From positions 416,001-480,000 of the forward strand of contig JBCBUK010000002.1 of the NCBI GenBank assembly GCA_039818205.1: DNA of 64,000 nt. The letters are read 5' to 3'. The DNA comes from Verrucomicrobiota bacterium (lineage in GTDB: Bacteria > Verrucomicrobiota > Verrucomicrobiia > Opitutales > Cerasicoccaceae). Numbering within the stretch: the stretch's first letter is position 1; every line of letters starts with the position of its first letter. Positions 49,136 through 58,103 of this stretch are shown here, piece by piece. The position numbers and the translations under genes are program-made. The notes beneath the pieces are model-generated. The model saw only the letters and a list, made by a program, of their open reading frames with translations, was not told where the DNA came from and ran no database searches.

Positions 49136-51730
49136 TTAGAACAAAGCCAGTTGGTCGTCGTCGGCCACTGGCTTTTTCTCTTTCTTGGTGGCACGTTTCT
49201 TGGCAGCGGGTTGGGCGGGCTCGCGCAAGGTTTCGCGTAGAACATTGCCTTCAGTCTCCAGCTCTTCCAATACCACTTTCGCTCGATCGATGACACTGGG
49301 AGGCAGTCCCGCTAGTCGGGCCACCTGAATGCCGTAGGAGCGATCAGCGGCTCCGGGGATCACCGTATGGATGAATCGGATTTCATCGGCCCACTCCTTG
49401 ACTGAAACTGAGTAGTTGCGCAGCCGGGACAGCGAATTCTCCAATTGCGTGATCTCGTGGTAGTGGGTGGCAAACAGGGTGCGCGGACCGCGTTCGCCGT
49501 TGCCATGTAAGTGTTCGACGACGGCCCAGGCGATGCTGAGTCCATCGTAGGTCGACGTGCCGCGCCCAATCTCATCAAGAATGATTAAGCTGCGATCAGT
49601 GGCGTTGTTCAGGATGTTGGCAGTCTCATTCATTTCGACCATGAAAGTCGAATTGCCACGGGCGAGCTCGTCGCTGGCTCCGACGCGGGAAAATATGCGA
49701 TCGACCAAACCCACGCGGCAACGTTTGGCGGGGACCCAACTGCCAATTTGAGCGAGGAGCACGATCAAGGCGACCTGACGAATGTAGGTCGATTTACCCG
49801 CCATGTTGGGCCCAGTAAGGAGGGCAATCTGTTCTTCGGTCGCGGTAAGGAGGGTATCATTCGGTACGAAACTATGGGCTCCGCGCAGACCAAGCCGGTC
49901 ACTCTTGATCATCTGCTCAACAACCGGGTGGCGTCCCTGCTCGATATCTAGCGTGTCATCCTCGCTGAGTTCCGGGCGGCAATAATCCCACTCCCGGGCT
50001 AGCTGCGCCCAGGCTATAAACACGTCCGCTTCGGCCAGGGTATTGGCGGTCTCCTCGAGTCGGTGAGCGTCCTTGAGGATCGTTGCAACGAGGTCTTGGA
50101 AAAGCGATTCTTCGCGGTTGAGCGCACGTTCCTCCGCGGTCAGGATTTCCTTCTCTTTTTGCCGCAGTTCCTCCGTAACAAATCGCTCGGCGTTCTTCAT
50201 CGTTTGCTTACGAATATAATCTTCGGGTGCCCGGGCGACGTTCGTTTTGGTGATCTCAATGAAATACCCAAAAGCTCCCGTGTAGCGCACTTTCAAACTG
50301 CTTATGCCAGTGCGTTCGCGTTCGGCCGCCTCAAAGTTACTTACCCAGGTTTTGCTGTCTCGGGTTAAGCCGCGGAGTTTATCGAGCTCTTCATCAAAGC
50401 CATCTCGAATGACACCACCTTCTTGGAGGTTGCTCGGAAGTTCGTCGGCCATCGACTCCTTGAGGTAGGCGCGGAGCTCATCGAAAGAATTTACTTTGTG
50501 ATGCAGAGCCTTAGTCGACTCTCCGGGAATTCGTTCGAGCTCCTCTCGAATCGAAGGGAGCTGATTGAGCGTATCGCGAATTCCACCAAGCTCGCGCGGG
50601 TTGCGAATACGATTTTGAAGGCGTCCGAGGATTCGGGCAATGTCGCGGACACCTTTGAGTAGATCAGCAATTGCGGCAGATCGCGACGGCTCGACGTGAA
50701 ATTCGCCCACCGCTTGTTGGCGCCGGTTTAACTCTTCTAGGTCTAATTGGGGAGTTGCGAGCCACTGCTCCAGGAGCCGACCGCCAGCGGCGGTCACCGT
50801 TTGGTCGACTGCGTTCATGAGCGAACCGGTGCGCCCACCCTGCGAGCTCTGAAAAATTTCCAAGTTCCTCAAGGTAGCCGGATCTAGCAGAAGCGCTTGC
50901 TGGGTATGATATTCCTTGATGCGGCGCAGGTTTTTGGGCGGCGCGCATAGTGTATCAGTGGCGTAGGCTATTAAGGCTCCAGCACTGCCGAGAGCAGCGT
51001 GGTTCACGTCGAGCCCAAAGCCATTGAGGTTTAAGACGCCAAGCGCATCGAGAACTGAGCGGGCGCCAGCCTCGGTTTCGAACTGAAAGTCGGGCACCAT
51101 CGAGACCGGGCGCGACTCACAAAAGTAGTCGAACTCGGCGTGCCAGTCTTGAAGCGCTTCCTGGTGGGCCCAGCTGAGCGAATTCGATTCCGGCAGAACG
51201 ATTTCTTTCGGATCGATTGCGTTAAATATCGGCATCAGCTGCGAGGGATTTGTTTCGCTGGAAATCTGAAACTCGCCCGTCGAAAGATCGAGCCAGGCAG
51301 CATGGAAACGGCCCTTGCGATCGCTGCACAAGGCCAGCAGGTAGTGGTTGCGGCGAGCATCGAGCTGATGTTCCTCAAGGGTGGTTCCTGGGGTGAGGAC
51401 GCGGGTCAGGTCGCGTTCCACCAACTTACCCGGCTTCGGGGTTTCGATCTGGTCAACGATCGCAACCTTGACTCCCTGGTTTAGAAGTCTGGGCAGGTAG
51501 GTTTCGCGTGCATGGTAGGGGATGCCAGCCATCGGGTATCCACTGCGCTGCGTTAAGGTGATACCGAGGAGACGCGCGCCCGTCTCCGCATCGTCGTGGA
51601 ACATTTCATAGAAGTCACCCAAGCGGAATAGAAGGAGTGCGTCAGCCGGGACGCGCGGGTCTTCTTTGCGGTAGCGCCAATACTGCTGCATCATTGGCGT
51701 TTCGCGGGCGACTTTCTTTTTTGGAGACAT
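49136..51730 (-). CDS. mutS: DNA mismatch repair protein MutS
   Basis: TPMMQQY, GDFYE, TGPNMAGKST, STFMVEM, DEIGRGTS, SYGIQVA; C-terminal QLALF clamp motif. Confidence 0.96.
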   Translation of the reverse strand: MSPKKKVARETPMMQQYWRYRKEDPRVPADALLLFRLGDFYEMFHDDAETGARLLGITLTQRSGYPMAGIPYHARETYLPRLLNQGVKVAIVDQIETPKPGKLVERDLTRVLTPGTTLEEHQLDARRNHYLLALCSDRKGRFHAAWLDLSTGEFQISSETNPSQLMPIFNAIDPKEIVLPESNSLSWAHQEALQDWHAEFDYFCESRPVSMVPDFQFETEAGARSVLDALGVLNLNGFGLDVNHAALGSAGALIAYATDTLCAPPKNLRRIKEYHTQQALLLDPATLRNLEIFQSSQGGRTGSLMNAVDQTVTAAGGRLLEQWLATPQLDLEELNRRQQAVGEFHVEPSRSAAIADLLKGVRDIARILGRLQNRIRNPRELGGIRDTLNQLPSIREELERIPGESTKALHHKVNSFDELRAYLKESMADELPSNLQEGGVIRDGFDEELDKLRGLTRDSKTWVSNFEAAERERTGISSLKVRYTGAFGYFIEITKTNVARAPEDYIRKQTMKNAERFVTEELRQKEKEILTAEERALNREESLFQDLVATILKDAHRLEETANTLAEADVFIAWAQLAREWDYCRPELSEDDTLDIEQGRHPVVEQMIKSDRLGLRGAHSFVPNDTLLTATEEQIALLTGPNMAGKSTYIRQVALIVLLAQIGSWVPAKRCRVGLVDRIFSRVGASDELARGNSTFMVEMNETANILNNATDRSLIILDEIGRGTSTYDGLSIAWAVVEHLHGNGERGPRTLFATHYHEITQLENSLSRLRNYSVSVKEWADEIRFIHTVIPGAADRSYGIQVARLAGLPPSVIDRAKVVLEELETEGNVLRETLREPAQPAAKKRATKKEKKPVADDDQLALF

Positions 51731-51740
51731 GGCTGGTTCT

Positions 51741-51780
51741 AAAATAAATCGGCTGCGAACCATCTGGGATCGCAGCCGAT
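51741..51780 (-). terminator. Intrinsic terminator between the lipoprotein gene and mutS
   Basis: atcggctgcga-N11-tcgcagccgat stem followed by ttatttt on the minus strand. Confidence 0.65.
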
Positions 51781-51796
51781 GAAATTTAATAAATGA

Positions 51797-52453
51797 CTAA
51801 TTCTTTTGGAATGCGCTTACGGCACCTTGATAAGCTTTTTGAACACTGCTCCAAGCCTTTGACAACTCATTGGAGGCATCGGTCCAGGTGCTTTCTGACG
51901 AGGACTTCATGTTGCTGAGAGCCTTGGTGAAGTCTGCATTGGCGTCGTTCCATTCGCCTTGCGCCGAGTTCCACTGGCTCTTGGCATCGCCGGTCAGAGT
52001 GGCGGATTTCAGGGCGAGTTTGGCCCAATCGGCTTGCAGGTCTTTCTGAGAATTCGTGAAATGTTGAATGGCTTCGTTCTTCTGATCGGCCGACCATTTT
52101 TCAACGTTTTGCGTTAGCTGATTGGCCGAGTCGTTTATCGACTGTGCACCCTGGTTGATGCTATTGGAAAGGCTGCTGAAAGCATTGGAAGTTTCTTTCT
52201 TAGCATCATCGGTCGCCTTTTCAGCGGCCTTCTTCTGATCTTCGGACCACTTCTCAACGTTCTCGGCTGTCTGTTTGGTCGAGTCTTCAATCGATTGAGC
52301 ACCGTCTTTGATGCTCTCAGTGACATTGCTCAGCGCTTGGGATGCGTTTTGCTCGGTCTCTTTTTCGACTTTTTCAGCCTCGGTTTTACTTTGATCGGAG
52401 CAACCGCTAAGGGCGACGCCGAGTGAAAATGTAGCAATCAGGAGTTTTTTCAT
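51797..52453 (-). CDS. Helical repeat lipoprotein (LEA/apolipoprotein-like)
   Basis: MKKLL...LSGC lipobox; internal duplication with a 51-aa period. Confidence 0.75.
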   Translation of the reverse strand: MKKLLIATFSLGVALSGCSDQSKTEAEKVEKETEQNASQALSNVTESIKDGAQSIEDSTKQTAENVEKWSEDQKKAAEKATDDAKKETSNAFSSLSNSINQGAQSINDSANQLTQNVEKWSADQKNEAIQHFTNSQKDLQADWAKLALKSATLTGDAKSQWNSAQGEWNDANADFTKALSNMKSSSESTWTDASNELSKAWSSVQKAYQGAVSAFQKN

Positions 52454-52500
52454 GGGGTTGTAATTCCACTCCATTTCAAGCGACTTATCGAGAGTAAACC

Positions 52501-53085
52501 TTAGCTAGCACCGTGATAAATTTCGATAGCATCAGCAAGGTCGGCCATTGCTTTGCTCAACATTGCGGCTTCCGTTCGATCTTGTTCTTTGCTGAGATGG
52601 CCTACTCGATCGTAGCGTAAGTTGTTGTTTTTCAGTTGGATACCGCCGAAGGTGCGACTGCACTGTTGTTTTGCTGTCAAAAACTGCTGTCGAATTTCCG
52701 GAAGTAAGCCTTCACGTGCGAAACTCGTATCACTTGACTTAACAACGAATGTTTCGTCAAAGATGGGATCGCCCGTTTGGATGTCCTGCATTCCGAGAGC
52801 TTTTCCGATCTTTGAGAAGAAACCTTCGGATGATAGCTTGAACTTAAGATCCCGGGTGTTCTTCAGCTCGAGCACGATGGCGAAGTACGGTGTCGACGAG
52901 CCGTTCTGTCCACCGTTGCTCTGGGAGTAATTGTAGATCTTAAGGATATGGCCCCGAAAAGGGCCTTCGATCCGGTAGGGGCGCTTGATCAACTTCAAGA
53001 TCGGAATCTTGGGCAGGTAAGAGTCACCGCCAATTAGTGGGACCCCAAGTTGTTGCGCGAGGAGTGGGAATTGAGATGACGCCAT
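52501..53085 (-). CDS. Hypothetical protein (DUF3137-like)
   Basis: EGFFSKIGKALGMQDIQTGDPIFDETFVVK motif. Confidence 0.6.
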   Translation of the reverse strand: MASSQFPLLAQQLGVPLIGGDSYLPKIPILKLIKRPYRIEGPFRGHILKIYNYSQSNGGQNGSSTPYFAIVLELKNTRDLKFKLSSEGFFSKIGKALGMQDIQTGDPIFDETFVVKSSDTSFAREGLLPEIRQQFLTAKQQCSRTFGGIQLKNNNLRYDRVGHLSKEQDRTEAAMLSKAMADLADAIEIYHGAS

Positions 53086-53168
53086 TTTCGCATCATACTA
53101 AATTAGCAGCAGAGTGTACTCCAGTTTTATCTTATTATAACTTCGCAATATCCTAACGTCCAACTGCT

Positions 53169-53261
53169 TAGGGGCGACAGATATGCGGGCCGATAGGATG
53201 GGTTTTGATGAGGTAGGGTGACGGTGGTGATCCGTGTATTGAGACGGCCGCATCGCCCCTA
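53169..53261. repeat. REP-like imperfect inverted repeat
   Basis: taggggcga...tgcgggccg pairs with cggccgca-tcgccccta. Confidence 0.45.
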
Positions 53262-53316
53262 GATTTTTGTTGAATAACCCATGGGTCATCGTGTTTGCTT
53301 TCCGGCTTCGATTGTC

Positions 53317-54534
53317 ATGGCACTTATCGTACAGAAATATGGCGGCACTTCCGTTAAGGACGTCGACCGCATTCAGAATGTCGCGCGGCGGATCAAAGGA
53401 TTCGTTGACCAGGGACACCAAGTGGTGGTGGTGGTCAGTGCTCGCGGCGGCGTTACCAATCAGCTCGTTGAGCGCGCCCGGACCATTAACCCGCAGCCAG
53501 CTGAGCGCGAAATGGACATGCTTTTGTCTTGTGGCGAGCAGGAGACAATCGCCCTCACGGCCATGGCGCTTCATGCCCTTGGGCAGCCAGCTGTGTCTCG
53601 TCTGGGGCATCAGGCTGGATTCGTAACCGACAAGGAGCATACCCGCGCGCGGATTCTCGAGATCACCGGCGGCGATATTAAGGACCGGTTGGACCGAGGC
53701 GAAGTGGTGATTGTAGCAGGCTTTCAGGGGCACAATTCCGATGGCGAGATTACGACGCTCGGGCGCGGCGGTAGCGACCTCTCCGCTGTAGCGCTGGCGG
53801 CGGGATTGGATGCCGATTTGTGTCAGATCTTTACCGATGTCGAGGGCGTCTATACCGCGGACCCACGGGTCGTTCCCAATGCCCGAAAGATTACGGAAAT
53901 TTCCTACGAAGAAATGTTGGAGCTCGCTTCGATGGGCTCTAAAGTGATGCAGGCGCGCTCGGTTGAGTTTGCCCAAAAGCACAACGTTATCTTCGAGGTG
54001 CGCAGCAGTTTTAATGACCAACCAGGAACTATCGTGAAAGCAGAAGTCCCCTCCATGGAAGACGTCGTCGTCAGCGGCGTGGCCCTCGATAAGAATCAGG
54101 CAAAGATCACTGTGAGTGAGCTGCCGGACAAGCCAGGTATGGCTGCCGTCGTTTTCAAATCCCTTGGGGAGGCAAATGTCATCGTCGACATGATCGTTCA
54201 AAACATCGGTCGCGGCGGTGCGGCTAACCTAACCTTTACGGTCGCCAAAGACGACGTGCACCGCGCGGTAGGGACGGTTGAGTCCGCGTTGTCCGAGCAT
54301 GGCGATTGCACCGTCAACTATACCGGCGATATCGCGAAACTCTCAGTCGTGGGCGTTGGAATGAGGAGTCATGCAGGTGTTGCGGCGACCTTGTTCGACA
54401 TCCTTGCGCAGAACGACGTCAACATTCAGATGATTTCGACGTCGGAGATTCGTATATCCGTGGCGATCGATTTGGAGAATGCGGTGAAGGCAACCCAGGC
54501 CGTCCACGACGGTTTTGGATTGGAAAAGGGGTAA
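53317..54534 (+). CDS. lysC: Aspartate kinase (two ACT domains)
   Basis: VQKYGGTSV, VAGFQG, TTLGRGGSD, TDVEGVYTADP, STSEI. Confidence 0.94.
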   Translation: MALIVQKYGGTSVKDVDRIQNVARRIKGFVDQGHQVVVVVSARGGVTNQLVERARTINPQPAEREMDMLLSCGEQETIALTAMALHALGQPAVSRLGHQAGFVTDKEHTRARILEITGGDIKDRLDRGEVVIVAGFQGHNSDGEITTLGRGGSDLSAVALAAGLDADLCQIFTDVEGVYTADPRVVPNARKITEISYEEMLELASMGSKVMQARSVEFAQKHNVIFEVRSSFNDQPGTIVKAEVPSMEDVVVSGVALDKNQAKITVSELPDKPGMAAVVFKSLGEANVIVDMIVQNIGRGGAANLTFTVAKDDVHRAVGTVESALSEHGDCTVNYTGDIAKLSVVGVGMRSHAGVAATLFDILAQNDVNIQMISTSEIRISVAIDLENAVKATQAVHDGFGLEKG

Positions 54535-54595
54535 CCTCGTATTTTGCGGAACGAAAACGTTTCCGTTGTGCGCAGATTGGGCATAGCTTCGCGCT

Positions 54596-55150
54596 ATGTC
54601 TGAACCGGTCACGATTTTCATATCCCGCCAGGTAAAGCCTGGCAAGGAACGCGAAATGGAAGCTTGGATGCATGCCATTCGTGATGCCTGTCGCGAGGCA
54701 CCTGGCTTTGTGGATAGTCTTTGGCTTGGCGTTGAGCATGGCTCAAATCCCGAAGACTTTGAAGTGTTGATAACCTTCGACAGTGCAGAGAATTTTCGCA
54801 GTTGGGAAGAGTCTGACATCAAGCGGGAGCTCTATTCGCAGTTGGACCACATTATCATGGATCAGAAGATTCGCAAAATAAGCGGTCTGGAGCCCTGGTT
54901 GGGGCTGGTTCCATCAATCATGGGGCCGCCACCGAAGTGGAAGATGGCCCTCTTGGCCTTTATGGGCGTTTACCCGACGATCGCAGTGACCTTCTTTTTT
55001 CTGATGCCCCTTATTAAGGACCTTCCCATGTTTGTGCGACTGCTCTGCACGACTCCAGCGATCAGTTTGATCATGACTTTTCTGGTCATGCCAGCTCTCA
55101 CCAAACTGTGCCATGGTTGGCTGTTTCCGCAGAGGACTGGTACCGTCTAG
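54596..55150 (+). CDS. ABM (antibiotic biosynthesis monooxygenase-like) domain membrane protein
   Basis: R.VKPG.E..E.W; F...ENF..WEES; GLEPW; PPKWKMA plus 2 TM segments. Confidence 0.8.
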   Translation: MSEPVTIFISRQVKPGKEREMEAWMHAIRDACREAPGFVDSLWLGVEHGSNPEDFEVLITFDSAENFRSWEESDIKRELYSQLDHIIMDQKIRKISGLEPWLGLVPSIMGPPPKWKMALLAFMGVYPTIAVTFFFLMPLIKDLPMFVRLLCTTPAISLIMTFLVMPALTKLCHGWLFPQRTGTV

Positions 55151-55845
55151 CGGGTACCAAAGTTTTCGGCTTCGCGTGAGTTGAAGTCAGAGATGTTCTT
55201 CTCGTTGCCCTTGATCTGGTAGTAGTCCTGGGCAAATATATTGAAGGCGCAAAGATCAATCGGAGTCACTTCGGATGCATTGATGTTATTGATGACACCG
55301 CCAGCTTCCAGTGCGGCAGCCGCCAGCTCGGAGCAGAAGAAACTCGCGAAGTCCTCGTTGTTGTAGGTTGCCAGATTCAGGATGCTAATCCCGTCCATGG
55401 CATCCAGGGCAGACTTCACTGCCTGGGGCATGTCGTAGGGGCGCCCTTCATAGTGGAGGAGGAAATTTGTGAATTTCACCAGGTCCAGCTTGGCGCGGGA
55501 TTCTTCGCTAAGCGGGAGCCACCACATATCGCCTTCGTAGTATTTCAGGCGCAGGCTCATCCGGTTGCGTTGCACGCCTGCGACCCGTTGGCCGGTAGCG
55601 GGATCGGTGTGCAGCGTGGTGGATTCCATGATGTCGACCACGCAACCCTCCTGGGCCTCGCCATCGAGAAGGACTTTGGATTCGTAGACAATACCGACGT
55701 GTGAGACTTGTGAGCAGGTGGCCCACTTAATGATTTCGGAGAAATGACCTTTTCCTGAGAAGGCGATGATATCGCCGGGTTTCAAGTGTGCGCGGACACC
55801 TGGAGTTCCGTTTTGGCTAGAGTATGAAGCAGTTTTTAGTGGCAT
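55147..55845 (-). CDS. Permuted papain-like (YiiX/YaeF, NlpC/P60) enzyme
   Basis: LKPGDII, SHVGIV, GRPYD, FCSELA (His before Cys). Confidence 0.78.
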   Translation of the reverse strand: MPLKTASYSSQNGTPGVRAHLKPGDIIAFSGKGHFSEIIKWATCSQVSHVGIVYESKVLLDGEAQEGCVVDIMESTTLHTDPATGQRVAGVQRNRMSLRLKYYEGDMWWLPLSEESRAKLDLVKFTNFLLHYEGRPYDMPQAVKSALDAMDGISILNLATYNNEDFASFFCSELAAAALEAGGVINNINASEVTPIDLCAFNIFAQDYYQIKGNEKNISDFNSREAENFGTR

Positions 55846-55950
55846 ACCGAAATCGAAGGCGGCGCCAAAAAATCAGTCAATGAAAATTAATTGATATACG
55901 TAGTTTTACAGGAAGTTGGTTAGGCTCTTGCCGGACCGGTTTTGATAGGC

Positions 55951-56496
55951 TTAACTTTCAAAGCCAACCAGCCCGTCGAGGCTTTTGCGGTTATTGTTGT
56001 CGCGATACTTCGTCATGCCTTCGGGGCCTTCTTTGGCTGAATACTTTTCGAGCGTCTCGCGTTCGCCCTTGTAATCGAAAAAGGGTACTCCGAACCCACA
56101 GGAATCACTAATACGAGTGAGTTCGTTGACAATGATTGAGCGTGCTCCAGGAATCTCGTCAAAGTGCTGGATGAGGTCATTGTATTCTGGGCTGTCTAAC
56201 TCGTAAACGGTGCCGTGGCCGTGGAAGCGCATGATTTTGGGCGCTCCTTCAAAGGCGCAAAACATGATGACCATGCGGCCGTTCTCCTTAAGGTGAGCGA
56301 TTGTCTCTACACCGCTACCAGTCAAGTCGAGGTAGGCGACGGTGGTTGGCCCCAGGATGCGAAAGGTGTTCATACCCTTGGGGGAGCAGTTGACGAATCC
56401 GTCGGCGTTGAGTGGCGCTGTGGCGACAAAATACATCTTTTGCTTCTCAACCCAGGCACGAATCTTCTCATCGATGGCTTCGAATACTTTACCCAT
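55951..56496 (-). CDS. Pyridoxamine 5'-phosphate oxidase-like FMN-binding protein
   Basis: FVATAP...NCSPKG, YLDLTGSG.ET.AH, MFCAFEG.P, SCGFGVP. Confidence 0.88.
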   Translation of the reverse strand: MGKVFEAIDEKIRAWVEKQKMYFVATAPLNADGFVNCSPKGMNTFRILGPTTVAYLDLTGSGVETIAHLKENGRMVIMFCAFEGAPKIMRFHGHGTVYELDSPEYNDLIQHFDEIPGARSIIVNELTRISDSCGFGVPFFDYKGERETLEKYSAKEGPEGMTKYRDNNNRKSLDGLVGFES

Positions 56497-56582
56497 GGAG
56501 CTAAAATATCCTCCCGATGTTGGTAGTCGAATCGTATTTTTAACCTTTTCACCAGGCCAAGAAAACGGTCAACTGGCCCGGT

Positions 56583-57953
56583 ATGAAATATCTCAGTACG
56601 CGTGGACAGTGTGACGAAGTGACCTTCACCGAGGCCGTGGCAACGGGCTTGGCGCCGGACGGTGGGCTGTTTCTACCAACTGAGCTTCCGGATATTTCCA
56701 GCAAGCTTTCCGAATGGCAGGGTCTAAACTATCCGGCTCTCTGTCTGGAGTTTATGAAACTTTTTGCGACGGATTTGGATGAGTCTAAACTTGCGGCTAT
56801 CGTCGAACGCTCGTACAAGACCTTCTCTCGCAAAGAGATAGCGCCTCTGGTTAAGCTGGACGATCATCTCAGTGTTTTAGAGCTGTTCCACGGCCCCACG
56901 CTGGCCTTTAAGGATTTCGCTCTTCAGTTGTTGGGCAATCTCTACGAGGAGCAGATCGAGCGCACTGGCAAGTCGATCAATGTTCTCGGAGCAACCTCCG
57001 GCGACACCGGATCGGCGGCAATTCACGGATTGTTGGGCAAGCGTGGCGTCCGGATCTTTATTCTCTATCCGCAAGGCCGGGTTTCGATGCTGCAAGAACG
57101 GCAGATGACGACGACCGGGGCCAAGAACGTTTACCCAATTGCCATTGATGGCTCCTTTGATGATGCCCAACGGCTCGTAAAAGATGCTTTTGGGGACTTG
57201 GATTTCAAAGAAACTTACAATCTCTCGGCGATCAATTCGATCAACCTAGCGCGAATCCTGGCACAGTGTGTCTATTATGTTTGGGCCTGGCTGCAGCTGG
57301 ACGAGGCTTCCCGCGAGCGTGGAGTCGAATTCGTGGTGCCCACCGGCAACTTTGGCAACGTAATGGCGGGCTGGATGACACAAAAGATGGGGCTGCCTGT
57401 TGGCGGTTTTCGCGTGGCGACCAATCAGAATGATATCCTTTGCCGTCTCTTCAATACCGGTCGCTACGAAGTGGATTCGGTGCAGCCGAGTGTTGCCCCG
57501 TCCATGGACATTCAGGTGGCGTCAAATTTCGAGCGTTTTCTCTACTACAATGTCGGTCGCGACCCTGAGCGTGTGCGCGCCGTCATGCAGGAGTTTAAAT
57601 CCACCGGGAAATACCTCTTCGAGGAGTTTGATCGCGATAGTTTTTCCGCCTCTCGCATGGACGATGCGGAAATTAGCCAGGTGATCGAGAAAATCTACGC
57701 CGACTATAAGTACGTGACTGATCCGCACACGGCCTGTGCCTTCAAGGACCTTGATGAGTCCAAGTGCAATGTCGTTTTGGCAACCGCGCATCCGGCGAAG
57801 TTTCCAGAGATCATCGAGGCAGCCCTAGGGCGCACGCCAACGGCACCGTCACTCGAAGCAATTAAGCGTGAGCCGATCATTAACTATTTGTTGCCGGCCA
57901 ATGGCGACGCCCTCGCCGAGTTTCTCAAGGAGCACGGTCGCGGCCGATCCTGA
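56583..57953 (+). CDS. thrC: Threonine synthase
   Basis: YLSTRG, GLAPDGGL, ELFHGPTLAFKD, ATSGDTG, PTGNFGN, DPHTA, TAHPAKF. Confidence 0.96.
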   Translation: MKYLSTRGQCDEVTFTEAVATGLAPDGGLFLPTELPDISSKLSEWQGLNYPALCLEFMKLFATDLDESKLAAIVERSYKTFSRKEIAPLVKLDDHLSVLELFHGPTLAFKDFALQLLGNLYEEQIERTGKSINVLGATSGDTGSAAIHGLLGKRGVRIFILYPQGRVSMLQERQMTTTGAKNVYPIAIDGSFDDAQRLVKDAFGDLDFKETYNLSAINSINLARILAQCVYYVWAWLQLDEASRERGVEFVVPTGNFGNVMAGWMTQKMGLPVGGFRVATNQNDILCRLFNTGRYEVDSVQPSVAPSMDIQVASNFERFLYYNVGRDPERVRAVMQEFKSTGKYLFEEFDRDSFSASRMDDAEISQVIEKIYADYKYVTDPHTACAFKDLDESKCNVVLATAHPAKFPEIIEAALGRTPTAPSLEAIKREPIINYLLPANGDALAEFLKEHGRGRS

Positions 57954-58103
57954 TTCGCTATCGTGGCCGCTTCGAGGAGTATATCTTTTGTCTATTACCA
58001 AAAGATATAAGTTTGTGGATTTGCGTTGAGGCGCGTTAATGGCGTAGTGTCATCGTTCATAAACCCTAGTCTAACTCGAAAAGCCTTACTGAGGGGCACT
58101 GTA

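Noticed and set aside
11690..51730. SRAP, tag, mutL and mutS as a DNA-repair island
   Set aside because: Spread over 40 kb among unrelated genes, with no shared operator visible
53140..53316. Lysine riboswitch upstream of lysC
   Set aside because: Conserved L-box elements not recognisable; kept only as an inverted-repeat finding
53098..54201. 367-aa ORF antisense to lysC
   Set aside because: Shadow ORF without domain motifs
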